Positions 33,601 to 43,577 of a stretch of DNA of 64,000 bases are shown in pieces. Positions within the stretch are counted from its first letter, which is position 1. Every line of letters begins with the position of its first letter. Made by a program: the position numbers and the translations under genes. The notes under the pieces were generated by a model, which saw only the letters and a program-made list of their open reading frames with translations, did no database searches and was not told the origin of the DNA. Source of the DNA: Amphiscolops sp. MND2022. Its lineage: Eukaryota. The stretch lies in the NCBI GenBank assembly GCA_964187785.1, contig OZ076409.1:13580001-13644000 (forward strand), in the 5' to 3' direction.

Positions 33601-34286
33601 ATTGTTGAGTCAAGATTGGTGTCGGCGCTAGCTTGAGAGTCTGGTGTGTGAGACGTTCGACTCGCATTCGCATAGTTAATCTTTGGTGTTACCGAGGGTG
33701 GCGTTCGAAAAACATATCTTAACGGATTCTCTGTTATGTTCGTCTTCGAGTTTTCCACTGGCCCGTTCGACGTTTTCGCCGGTGCTTCCGGTAGCGCATA
33801 TCCGCTTCGGAAGGGATTCCCGCCTACGCTATTGATCATCTCCTGGGAACCCAGGGGGTTCTTTTCGACTTCCGCCGTCCGTGGGTCCGCCCGTGGAGTC
33901 ATTGGAGTGTCTTTTCGTTCGTTGGGAGCATCAACAATGCTGGGCTCACTGGTGGGCCCTTGGTTAGAGTTCGGCCAGTTTTCCAAGCTGTAGTCAGTGA
34001 CTTCCAGCGGAGGCCATGTGTTTCTTTGCGTGTTGTTCTCAGTATTATCCGGTAGATTGGTGCTATCGGGGGAGGCTCGCGAGGAGTTAGGCTGGCTAGT
34101 GGCAACGGCTATCTCCGCGTTTTGTTCCTGGCTCGGTACGAAGTCAGACATAGCTTCTGAAATTACGGCTGCTATGGCTGAATCTAATCTACATTCGTTT
34201 TGTTCGGTTGTGGTTTCCGTTCTTCTTCCGAAAGGGTTGGTGGCATGGAAGTCGCTCATGATGGCGTTAGTCTCGCGTCGTTCCAT
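24624..34286 (-). CDS. Gag-Pol polyprotein (~3220 aa from first ATG, context GCCATGG; open frame extends to 34334)
   Basis: CCHC x2, MIDTGS protease, RT YIDD, RNase H LDTDAS, integrase HHCC/DDE/WRGPHKV; homologous to 5111-14878. Confidence 0.95.
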   Translation of the reverse strand: MERRETNAIMSDFHATNPFGRRTETTTEQNECRLDSAIAAVISEAMSDFVPSQEQNAEIAVATSQPNSSRASPDSTNLPDNTENNTQRNTWPPLEVTDYSLENWPNSNQGPTSEPSIVDAPNERKDTPMTPRADPRTAEVEKNPLGSQEMINSVGGNPFRSGYALPEAPAKTSNGPVENSKTNITENPLRYVFRTPPSVTPKINYANASRTSHTPDSQASADTNLDSTITKARKEMQTVREDFQSSLAQLAQVQTRLARENNEHEMRADMIMRDMDELRKGLLEMQAEGRQNQGRLEASMASLNDLIKQRETTADARMAEMSAIMRERDRQADERMKAMTNTMQRRDIDSNVRMTDLMMAMQDLTLGVKAIVSQTPAQQAQTAPRIPQKYQQTEMPSTSEAPQPHYRTVAQHTVEPPRPPKLVPPATYRRDLSKASKMAKVTHTESRDAGTDPMTDPPSFDQYARGTSTSGDFHSAADETNTRRTSYYTADSSAAFRPPARTQTFRDFVPRPVATSTQRKMTNKRNLEQGKGEHSDIEEMPSMAEETPDTPRTTQRQALAEAISTAMSKGLEPLLAAKESKNKPTKYRGTRDGNADGWMMLMKRHLEKAHPKATPLDKAWTIIEYLEHEARDYITNKSEAERDTDEKVFALLARRFGTGSSKIHIQQQFRTRNQNSEEDYMQYLDALEGLRSQGYPNEEVTVRRYEIMQRFIEGVRNFELKRNLALMYAPEQYVETPPTVEALRFTVQQYLRMRGSTRSDNYPMMPPPQQQANIQQPNQSPVAPAPAQKMQQQQPPQPAAYQQQPRPPAAYRQQPQRACFNCGDPSHFVVDCPLKDRARKPVQQQVNSCHTNPTGSWVCPSQPHGLNYDVFPASLPTQGTVAFCINCGRTEHSASECMASEQMSHEEQIRAAWYAPSPSQFDGLSQDDQVRVISVAEDGGPSRPVVVTCGEKQVLTTLEAPAPDCTETLISIHLLLSAEQKTRPTLTLSQLKEELCRNVKYTIAARPLPHFAREDETKLAPIQKVKTVSPVPVAINVDGVDMKFDAIVVLEGHFPQGLYLGRQELRCYNIGVQDAQGEARIDERASLVVAFGNTIQEPIPLYGMIDTGSGVSILSLKAYQKIASPHALSLLPYDIQLYAANGKTINTIGIAENVSFQLGGYTLRTNFIVIADHLGAEDFLLGRNFLRTYNVLVDLTAMRVTIRDPKAPRHFKPVHEVSDHEPSLVISTEKVVLGPYERKLVRAQVISQKHNEYLFRNVMIRPQGVYKRSPFVSEDTLTSVGDEGIVFIALRNTTPSENVTIQTKTVLGKAEPTNFVLQPVAADTATEIDKPLFEQVNRVYTEEWLNETSSEYSSFAQNFLSSTEISEEGLSESEKRAQTDPQLLKPIPGPDLSSVLSSWGEGARDQLASVLSEYDDLFMKHKADIGRCKIAKHRIELEPEAIPHREGARRMSPDKAAKANQEVRNLLALGLIQPSYSPWASGIVMVKKKTGELRFCCDFRPLNDVTVKDGFPLPRIDESLSRIGNAKIFTSIDLAWAFWQIPLKKRDRRKTAFACELGLFEWRRMPFGLCNASATFQRSITRALQRIQQRHGSVVMAYIDDIVIATETIEDHIVRIKEVFECLREAGFKMRAEKCDFMRTETKYLGRVVSSEGIRPDPEAIVKIQEWMPPRNKEELQSFLGFANYYRDFVPFHAAKVQPLQELLKKSQHFHWEIKHQEAFDAVKEALANATALAAPNEDGRFVLDTDASAVAIAGILHQEQEHNGKTILRPIVFGSKSLTKTQLNYGAPKLEMYAVFYFIEKFHSYLAGREFTLRVDNQDLSWLKTYSIDQAMIGRWIARLDQYNFKTIHRPRTQHRNVLSKRTNDYVHREKILEKLPEVSEGFNFMTKEDYEALPTVPYFDKHGRPIPNHPELPPEARAQLPLLYILGKRPKTSLQEPPVNGAPWYPQIQWEATPTTDEDHRPSHILSITTKVPPARLDTGEPDPVLEEMPPECQRQAHALRTVGTELHEHFLTRRGLKDLHLAQNRDVHLLALRKLMNGEPLEDTMFPEDVQDFARRYFHQKKDLLFLNPDDILCVNYVPQQRALHVRPCMIVMPQLYQHEILYRAHDESGHQGVGKVLARVQERHTWPGIKRDIVNHIKHCLTCQQTKHPAGNPCYPLQNINSSNFNDLVQFDHLKLCKTESGNTGLLVMIDHFTKFAEAVPCAHDEYDAQTTAKIILNKWFARHGTPARMQSDNATNFTAEIAQELMKASQVTKVTSTPAHPRGNGLVERQNRTLLTLLRVYTSRRMQDWDEHIDGILGAYNSTRHATTGFSPYMLQHGAEKSIPLSFIYPEFVARGFDSKEEFVEHLLARQQEIHELVRRNTHQAQLRQKLEFDRHLKAKAHAVGDAVWVFCHIIPKGGTRKLIRAWRGPHKVTDVLQDGRLYVLDTGQKVHYERLKKHVPAPWDWAAHQPFGPDQNVAIIADPYVEESNEEIASDISQDSFLPEQLPEASFEMEPTGSIPPRTIQTRTQTALEQGIPRRRFSHFGYPSNSDSEREENEPPIQSPPPPVVFPDLDDLEPLYSDQEEIQPAVPTSLIPSPSGTSAPLLSNPSLTDTLSNFPLFGPQLEDPIDPIEIKPKSETENEEEITYRSPSHCSTQPDTTNRRGRPRGRPPGRGRPRAIPSSRTTTSSRTQTARSRRGPRTRMSTRAPPRKLDRAMTLPEIPESQQPPDVQDSEPRPPSRTSRYQLRANRAPRYKCGTCGSRNCSCVKHLTRDSPDNRLARGAVVPARDLLMARTHYHPQHEILTVQAQREKVETPPLVHHLIITVEKTFTSVEREVIPPLEETLKAMHATSPSDCPTYRFKEWTPPHRGGLEFTLHAIIPPLPPSMTFGELAKEDSSPEMIRCITAHQLWEKYHIASPPGDIYQPTIGWCLLVTSLDATTLVSPTTLLMCLESLRTVTEPENTLCFHMADIYRGKFLSQHWLQLIAVVFCRQAKIHFLDRQFYTPEKPVTVSEALSIVHDWSSTNLGDRPLRRTVWEDRKAILQHLAPRPTDDQSKTTGKWLITQPKTRPNYLPWISYDNTDILQAPGTVILCCPADLLSYSATIRYVIREYGQENIFRLRPSVGTAIRLTRSPTAPWNNEIFLLCTRASNKHPLLHEVLHACLTNLITQLHRNHITRIHLPIYDPERSMNLLPAWYATLRDHFADHNITIILHDRVYVTIASITSANFGGS

Positions 34287-37260
34287 GGCCACGAAATGTA
34301 ATATTTTAGCTTCCACTGCGTGTGAAGCTTCCACTATATATCGACAAAATTAAAGGTAACAAAAAAATTTTTAGATTTTTTTTTTGGCTTTTCTCTACTT
34401 CCTTCCCCCCACAAAACAAATGGCAGATGATGGAATGAGGAGGGTTTGCTTTGACTAAGTAACTCAAAAGGCTATTATCTAAACTGCACTGAATAGCTGA
34501 CTGACTAGGCCATTTAGCGCGCCTTGTCACTCGTCTTTCTTGTATTGGGGTAAAGATTTGCTAAATGGGCGTGAATTGCTTCCTACATTTGTGGAGTGCA
34601 CTAGGCACACTATCGCAGGTTTGGCTAACTAAAATTTCCTCCGCTTTCTCCTCACCTAGAAGGTTCGACTTTCTTCAACGAAAATTTTTCTTCCTTTTTT
34701 TTTTTGTGAGTTTGGGAACAATGGGTGGGCTGATTCGGGGACAATGGGTGGACAATGGATTGGAAATAATTTGGGGCTTGATTGGGAGTGTGTGGTCTAA
34801 GTATCGAGTGATGGCCTGGTCTATGGCTTTATGGCTCGTGGGTGAAGGGGTTACAACGATATGGATGATTTTCCCTGTCCTTGTTCTAGTTTCTCTACGC
34901 GTTCCGCAAACCTGGTCTGTAATTGTTTTGATATTCTCAGGCGCACTCTCGCACCCTCAGGGTATGCGAGGCGTAGAGTCGGGGTGGTTATGGCGAGTAG
35001 ATTGCACCTAGGCGACCTTAGCGGCGGGAAAGAAGTGAATTTCAATTTTTGGAGTTACCGTCTTTTGGTCTCGTAGAGCGTTTAGTGGAAGATCGTTGAT
35101 CTTGGGGCTAACTTTATATGGATTTTATAGGTTCGGTAAGGCGTGTGGGACTTGCTCAATGCGTTAAACAGATGGTTTCAGCCCTGGATGGGGTGTATCA
35201 GGATTGGGAATGCTTGGGTTTTCTATTAATTTTTACTCAAAATCTCGTTTTTCTCATCAAGCAGTACCTCCGGGGAAGGTGAAAATCACTTCTAGTGGTG
35301 CTAGCGACCTGAAAATTTCACACCGCCTAGTACACTAGCTGAATCGTGGGGAACGAGCTCCCGATTGCGTTAAAATTGATTCTGCGTGTGTCACGGCCAC
35401 TTAACAATGTTCACTGAGAAATTGGCTATGTCGCGAATTTCGCAAAAAGTGGTCAAACTCGCCTTCTAGGCGTCCTAGCTATCTGAAATTTTGTATGCGA
35501 GCGTGAATTATGCCCACGTAACAGAAAAATAAGTTAGCAGGGTGCCCAGGTCAATATTTCGCAATCCGAGTCGACAAAACTATGATGTACCCTGTATGTC
35601 ACTTTCAGGGGCTAAAATTCACAAAATTGTCAATTTCTTTAAGTTGGGTAGTAGCCGGCTGCTCAAATTGCACAAATCGTCGTGATCTAATGCCGTGGGC
35701 ACGAAAATGCAAGAATTTTAGTACTGGGGTACCCTCGAGGTATTGTACTATGCTCAACTAAAATTCAACTTTTCCGACATTTTCGGATCATTTTTGAGCA
35801 AAACTGCGGCTAAGATTTCTCGATCACTAATAATGGTAGCGCTACGAAAATTACACCACTAACGTAACTTTTTGCGGTCTACACGATGGTGTAATCCGTT
35901 TTGGGCTACTCCTGCTAGGCGAGATTTCGACCTGTACTGGAAGCACTACTCTGGTGTTCCGAAAATGTCACAAAAATAACACGTTTTTGGTTATTTCTCG
36001 GCAACCACTGGTTGGAATCACTCGCGGTTTTCTGCGTTTGTAACGTTACACTCTATAATAACAGAAAATAGGCAAGCGAAACCTGGCAGGTTCCAGATAG
36101 GGTCTCTCGAAATTGGTTTTAGGTTACACCTTGGACACTCTGGGAACACCTATGAAAAACACGTATTTTCCCTAGGAACTTTTTATTCTTCGGTTCCCAG
36201 AGGCTCGAGATGGTTTCAACAGTACAGTAGGAAGGTGTGACTGCTTTGTTTAGGGGAGTGGGGTTCTTTCAATTATTATTTTTGATGTTATAGCTCTCAG
36301 GTCTATGGGGTCCTCTACTCAGGTCTATTTTAATGAAAGAAAATTGGTGTTAAAACTTCAATTTATATTGGGGGTGTTCAAAAACCGTCTTGGTAGTAGT
36401 ATTGCGTACTACCAAGCACAACAACAAAAATTTTTTTTTGGGCCTTTCAAGAGGCTTGGGAGCGAACGCCCAAGGCTTCGCCCTTGTCAAAATTGGTCAA
36501 AATGGCCAATTTTGCCTATTTTTGAACAAAAATCGCTGAAATTTTCATGTTTTCTTGAAAAATAGCCCAACAAAAACTTTTGTTCTCGACCTGGTAGGTC
36601 CGACAGAACGTTTTTCAGGTATTCCCACAGGCCGTAAACAATTCTATAAGATTTTGGCTTTCAAAACGGGAAATTTCGATATTTGAGCAGTTATTAGTGT
36701 CATTTTTGGCGTTTTCGAGCTCAAGTCCTTAAAATAACTGATGTAAATACCCTGTGGGTATTATTCACAGTTAATTTATGCAAAAACAGGCCTGGGAATA
36801 CTAATTTGGGGCTAGAAAACGTAAAGGGAACGAAATAACCCAGCTATTTTCGGTGAATCGGCACCAGGTGGGGAGGAAGAGGTTATGACGTGAAGCACCT
36901 GCAGTCCTGCACTCAGCTAGTTCGGGTCTTCACAAACCGTCCTCGCAGTCCCTGTACATTGCTAATTAGCTGAAAAGAAGCTGGAAAACCCGTTAAAACA
37001 CGTTCCGGATAAGCCGGAATAGCTCTTTTAATGAGTACAGATAAGGTACAAGGGGGTACACGGTTTCAAACTGTCTTTTTCAGGCTAGGGACCTCGGAAA
37101 CATGCAGGAAACGCAGGAAAAACACTAATATAAGGCCCAAAGGGCTAGAATAAAGCAATAAAAACAATCTAGGACTCTCCCAAAAGCTTCTCCTAGATCC
37201 GGACCTTTCAGGGCCGGAAAGCAGAAGTTGCTCCTAGCAGGACGCGGTAAGGAAAAAAAG

Positions 37261-37278
37261 ATCCCTCTGTGGTCGCCA
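37261..37278 (-). promoter_or_regulatory. Primer binding site TGGCGACCACAGAGGGAT (tRNA-Arg-like), element B
   Basis: Identical to the element A PBS; 16 nt inside the 5' LTR. Confidence 0.85.
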
Positions 37279-37294
37279 TAAAAACTATTCCAGA

Positions 37295-38004
37295 TGTAAC
37301 GTCCGGCTAGCGGCGCACATCTAGGAAGAGGGACAATGCCTAGGATGCTTAAACAGGAGACCGTTGTCTTACTACATACCTAGACACTAGTTTTTGATCC
37401 CAAAATGGTCTCCATGGGGGACTTTTCTAACGTCTAAGGAGACTCCTCTAATTAGAGCTCCGAGGCGACGTGCCGGCACTCTCAAAGTCCGGACACGCCC
37501 CACGAGCCTGTAAAAACAAATCCTAAGGTTTTTAGCGCGTTCCTGCTATCTCCTACATACTTCCGAGGTCCAAAAAGGTGTCTATCCGAAAAATGTCATT
37601 TCGACTGTTATGGGCATGAAATGCCGACCTAGAAGGTCAGGCATGGGAAAAATGACAAAACGCATTAATATAAATCAACAAAATAAAGGGGGATAAGCCC
37701 CGAGTGGAAATACAGTTACTGTTTGCAGGTTTTCGGGGATCCAGTCATGTAGTTCTAGAATGGCTCTGCTTTCCCAGGGATGACATAGCACCGGGTAGCG
37801 TTCTTCGATTTCTATCCTGTGGATCTTCATGTCGTCAGTCGTCTACTTCTTTTTCACCTCCTGTCGTTCTTCTCGTTCACGTGTTCTCTCTTTCATTTTT
37901 GTGGGCTTTAAGGACCTGCCAGGTCGGCCATTTTGATTCGCACCTTTTTTGGTTCTTGATCGAATTTTTCATCGAAAATTTGGTGTTGACTGGTGGACGT
38001 TACA
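37295..38004 (-). repeat. 5' LTR of element B
   Basis: 710-bp match to 18901-19610. Confidence 0.97.
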
Positions 38005-39901
38005 TACCTTTAAAACTTTGCGACATTTCTCAATTAAGATAAGACATTCACCGAAAGTTAAAGGCCCCCCTTTATAAGACGTAATTTGACACGTCGGGCA
38101 AAATATATGATAAGGCCTTCAATGGGAGCAACATGCCTTTCGCAATGGCAATCTCTGGTAACAGACGTTCAAGCAGAAAGTTAGACATTTCTGCAGAGTT
38201 TGTCGAACTCGTGAAAAACATGTGCATTGAAAAATTAAAAGCGGGACATCATTTTTAGCCTTAGTTGGAGCTGAGTCTTTTTGCCGTTCATAAATAGCTG
38301 GTTTTGGGTATAATTGTTTGTACAAAAACCAACGCTGCTATCTTTTCCATCGACCAACAAGTCCCCAAAAGAATTCTTCACCCAAAACACTAGTTCCAAC
38401 AACGACAAAACCGCTGGTATTGTACCATAAGAACTCCCGAAGTGTGGCGACGCCACGATATTCTTGAAAAATGAATGCAACGAAGCTAGAAAGCCAATTC
38501 CGGCAAATAATGGTGAAAACTGTTGAGGAGACCTCACATCCTATCACCGTTCTTGGAACTGAAAAAAAAACATTTTCCGACGAAATACATGTGCAAGAAG
38601 TCCCCCGGAACTTCACTGGCAAAAAATTGAAAAAATTGAACTTCACTGGCGGTTTAATCAAACTCAAAAACAAGAATCAATCCTAAAGCAACAAACGTCC
38701 TGATCGAGAAGTATCGATTTTCAGAAGGAAGAGTCCTGAGGAGAGTCAAAAGGGACGCACCAACAGGGATTATCAAAAATTAGCCCAATGGAACAAAGGT
38801 GCAATAAAAATTAGCAGAAAGTCAAGCTAACAATCGTCACCGAGGTTTTTCAGCAGGTCTCTAATGGCAGGTGGAATGATTATGAAGTTATGCTATGATA
38901 CAATGAAGAAATTATCCAAGTTAAAAGCGACATCAGGCAGGAAACCAAAAAGAAATGAAACTGAAAAGACCAAAGAAAAAATTTTAAATCAGCAAATCAG
39001 CACGGCTTGAAAACACCTTTGTTTATGGAGATGTTTGAATCAACAACTTGAAGCTCAAGCAATGAATCCACACAATAATCCACTGAAACAAAAAGGTTAC
39101 AAGAGATGTACTTCCCACACCCAAACAAAATAGCTATGTCATGTTCTTTATACTCGAGCGTCAAAAGTTCATACACCTTTTATTCACTTCACATCTTGCT
39201 TTGAAAACACTGAAAAATATATGTCCAACCAAAGTATGTTTAGTAGCCGAACCTCTCGTTATTGAACTCCATGATTACACAAACTACATAAAGAAGCGCA
39301 GATTATGAAAAAGCATGATCGTTCAAAAATAGATATTTTTGGCTCTCGTATAGCTGTTTTGTGTAAATCAGAAACTATCGTCAAATTTTTCTTCTTGAGA
39401 AAGTGCTGAAAAGGCAATTAATTTCATACCCACTTAACACGGCGAAAAACGTACAGACATTGAATCACAAGTGTGATATTTGAGAAAAGTTCCATTTTGT
39501 GGACTTTCCGGGGTCTTTTCTGAAGAAACCTTCAACCTTTTTGTTTGAAAACGTATTGGCTAGCTGTTTTGTTAGTCGTTCAATTCGAGGGGCAATGTAA
39601 ACTACGAAATTGCTTGAAAACGATTCAAAAATTGCCACCAACTTTGTCAAAAGTAAAAATTATGATTTTTTGCAATTTTAGTGGTCAAAAGTTGACTTTT
39701 CAGATAACGTTTTTGAGTTAACGTTTCTCCAAGTGAGAGGTACATAGATACGCAATTCTTTTTTGAACACTGTGATACCCATCAAAGAAGTCCAAAGGGC
39801 GGACAAAAGTTGAATTTTTAAACCAAGTGCTGATTGGTCTTTTGAAAAGTTGCTTTGTGAATGTATGTTTCTTTAAAAATGTAGGTTTTTATACTCTTGA
39901 A

Positions 39902-40136
39902 TGTTCTATTCTAATAAACTCAGATAGTAAGAAAAGAAAGAATACTAGAAGAGATTCTCAATTTATTCTATGTCAGTACTTTAGATACGTATCTGTAATA
40001 ATGATGTATCAAATTTAGTATTTGTATTGAAACTATTTGTCAACACTAGCAAGTACTTTAGACATAAAATTGAAAGTTTGTAGTTTGTGAAGCGAATCTC
40101 GGCAAGGTCAGGAACCGGATTAAGCCGAATATAACA
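39902..40136 (-). repeat. 3' LTR of element C
   Basis: Matches 47323-47557; followed on plus strand by pyrimidine run TTTCCCCCTCTTTCTTTTCTCC (PPT on minus). Confidence 0.92.
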
Positions 40137-40326
40137 TTTCCCCCTCTTTCTTTTCTCCTTCTCAATTTGAGTTTGAAGGCCCCTGGGGGCGTTCCTTCTT
40201 CCGGTAGGAAGTCTGCAGGCTTCTGGACTCTCTCCGGCTGTGGTGTTCCTTTTGTTGAGTTCCACAGGTTTTCCGTAACATACAATGATTTTTAGTCAGT
40301 CTATTTTAACCCCAAAAGTTTCCAGT

Positions 40327-43300
40327 CTATGGTTTAGCACTGTATCTATTCGGTTTTTTGCTATCTCGGCTTGACCGTCTTATGTTTGTTTTTAAGTTCT
40401 CACCCGATATCTCACCGTCGGTGTGCAGCTGTAGTGTCTCCTCTTCCGGGTTTGTCCGAATTGGCGCATATCGTCCGTCTCGTTCAGAGTTGTCGTATAT
40501 TTTTGGTGTCCCGGTCTCTTCCGGCATCTCTTCATCGTCATCATCTTCGTCTTCTTCTTCCTTGTCGCTTCCCGTTGGCTTTCGGTTTTGAACGATTTTC
40601 AATTTTCCGTTCAAGATGTCACGGAGTATTTCGTCCCATCTGCCATATTCATATTTTCCGTCAAGACCTCGGATGCAATGCCTGTTCTTGGGATTTATTT
40701 CGGCGTTGGAATTGATGGCCGGTTTTTTTCGTGTCTTTCTTTCGATCTGAAAAAGTGGTCTAGAAAAAGATTTTCGGTTAATGATTTTTGCGGTATCCGT
40801 TTTTACGGTACTTTCGGTCCCGCTTATCGCAGTTTCTTTTTTATTTTGGAACTTCCCTTCTAGGGCCTTTTATTATAATTCTTTTCAACAAATGAAAAGG
40901 GATATCTAACCGAATTTTTCTTCTTCGGCGATTTTATGTTTTCACTCATCTGCTTCTCTTCGTTCTTTGTTTTTGCCATTACGATGTGATTGGTTATCTC
41001 GCCTTCCGCATTGCGGCCCACATAAATAGGAATTTTCGGTCTGCTCGGTGCTGAAACAGTCATTTCCGACCAATTAGACAAACATGTTTTACCGTCTTCA
41101 ACGATATTGGTTAATTCGGTTCTTGGCTTTCTTCTAAGATGTAATTCGAACGGTGTTATTTTCAATCCCGTATGTATTGTAAAACGCATTACCCGTAGCG
41201 CCCGATTTACGCTTTCGGTTAGGCAAATTGCGTCCTCCAAATTTGCTATTATTAGGTTTCTATTTTTAGGTTTTTGATACTTTGGATTGCTCTCTCTACT
41301 ACCCGGTTGCCGGTATGCATTCGGGATGTACAATATTCTATTTCTATCTTTCGGCGTTTGCAAAATTGTCGGTACTCTTTGGGAATAAATGCTCCCCCTT
41401 TGTCGGATTCAATCTTTTCTGGTATTCCGAATAAGTTAAAGTTAGTAGATAGAAAAGTTATTACTTCTTTTGTCTCCGAACGTTTGCATGTTTTCGCGGT
41501 TGGCCATTTGCTAAATCTATATACCGCGATGAGTATTTGGGTTTCGCCGTTCAATTTTTTGTTGTGTAATTTTCCGGTAAAATCAGTTTGTATTTCTTGT
41601 CCGGGTTCGGATAATTTTTCTATTTTTCCGTAAAGTTTTTTCGGTATATGTTATTTCAGATTTTTACCTGATGCTAGGCATGCTGTGAAGTCTTTCACTT
41701 TTGGTTCGATATCCTGTTCCATGTCTGGTCACCAAAATATGTTTGCTTCGGACGTCATTTTTGTGATGCCGGGGTGAACGAAATGTAGAATGTCCAGTAG
41801 TCGCCGTCTGAGATCAATAGGTATGACGGTTTAGTCGTCGTCGAATACCAAGGCCCATCTGATTGACAGCTTGTCCAAGACTATGCGGAGCCGTCCGGGA
41901 TGGTTTTGCTGTCTTCTCGTCGCATACTGTTTCTCACTCGGGTTAACTCCGGATCAATTGCTGTTTTTGATATCAGTATCTTCAGGTCCATCATCAATTC
42001 AAATTCTTCCGTTTTGATGAGTTCTTTCGTGGCCTTCTCGTTTGAGGTGTTTACTGACGATGTGGTTTATTTGAATGTAATTTGCTTCTTTACGGTCTGT
42101 ATTGTACTTTGTCTAGTCCACGATTGGTATATTGTCGCCCCGCATGATTATACTGTCTTCTTCTGTCTTGTTGTTTTCTTGTTCTAGGTCTTTTTCGTTT
42201 GACCGGGATGGGGCAAAAAGCGTACGTTGTGTCTGATGGTCGTACCGGCGTCTCAGCGTTCCTGGCCGGGATAGTGCGTATCGCTGTTCCACCAGTCGTC
42301 TTGTTTCCCGGCTGTTATTTCTTCTCCTGATAATATCCATTGTTTCTCAGATAGCTCCCCAGTGGTAAAAGTTTTCGGGTCCACCTTTCATCACATGTTT
42401 CAGCTTTCGACGGTTGACTGTCCTTCAAAGTGCTAATATCAGACTGCCCGGATGTTGTTATTTCGTTTTGTTTAGTTTCGTTCACGTGGTTTTTGTTCTC
42501 GTACATTCCATTTGATTGTGATTGGTCCGCGTTATTCTCGGTTTTGTGTTCGGAATCGTCCTTTATTCTTTCGGTGATGCTTTTGTTGCATTTTGGTTGG
42601 GTCCCCGAATAATTGTCCGTATTTCAGGTTTCTTCCGGATTGTTCGAGTATGTTAATTACGTATTCTTCATCGTAATTTTCTTCCGGCATGGCTCCCCCT
42701 ACCGGATTTCTGCTGAGATAATCGGTGAATTTCAAATTACTACTGGTGATATGCTGTATTGATATATCAAAATGCGTTAGGCGATTCATCTATCTTGTTA
42801 ATCTTGCGCTCTATTGTTTGTTGCTTCGATTTTTTTAATCAATGTTTCTAAAGCATGGTGGTCCGTGTATAGGTGGTGACCGTAAAGTTAAAATCGGAGT
42901 TTCTCCAGTTCCCTTACTACAGATAGTATTTCTAATTCATCGATTGAATATTTTTTCGGTATCATTCAAACATCTGCTACCGTACGCTATCGGTTTTGTA
43001 GTCCCGTCGTCTTGTTCCTGCCATAGTGTAATTCCCAATCCGGCTGTGCTAGCATCGATTGTCACTATATTATCTTTGTCTTTCGCGAAGTGTGCCAAGC
43101 ATGGGCCTTCGGTTAGCATCCGTTTTATTTTTCCGAAATCTTCTCGTTCGATTCCCCAATTCCATGTTTCATTTTTCTTAATAAATTTCCGGTCCCGATC
43201 CGTTCTTTCCGAAAGTTTCGATATAACTTTTGCCATATATTGTATTGCTCCAAGAAATGATTTTAATTCTTTTGTATTCTCCGGTGGATTCGTTTTAAAA

Positions 43301-43577
43301 ATGGCTTCTACTTTTTCTCCGTTCGGTTTTATTCCGTTTTCATCAGTTTCATGGCCCAACCATTTTGTTAGTTTCATGAAGATTTCCGATTTCTTTTTGC
43401 TATCTCGGTAATCGTTTTTTCTAGTTTATTCAAGACATCAATTAATTTCTTTTCCTGTTCTTTTTTATTTCCACGCGTTACTTTTATTATATCATCTAAC
43501 GAAGCTGGGAGGCAATATCGAGTGTTCGGTCAATTTTTCATGGCGTATTGTGGGTTTGTCGGCAAGTCCGTAAAAGC
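40327..43577 (-). pseudogene. Element C pol remnant (RT C-terminus, RNase H, integrase) with stops/frameshifts
   Basis: Fragments LDDII, ELKSFLGAIQY, TIDASTAGLG...PIAYGSR, FGIPEKIESDKGGAF, VVERAIQ, HTGLKITPFEL in different frames. Confidence 0.88.

Larger units (their letters stand above)
18901..38004 (-). mobile_element. Complete giant Ty3/Gypsy LTR retrotransposon, element B (19,104 bp)
   Basis: Two 710-bp direct repeats with TGTAACGTCC...GGACGTTACA termini; PBS, PPT, Gag-Pol and ORF2 in the expected order on the minus strand. Confidence 0.97.

Noticed and set aside
565..34353. Numerous 60-135 aa plus-strand ORFs inside elements A and B
   Set aside because: Antisense shadows of the long minus-strand ORFs, many with non-ATG starts and no recognisable motifs
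38119..39000. Possible host or transposon coding remnant
   Set aside because: Short ORFs on both strands with no recognisable motif or consistent exon structure
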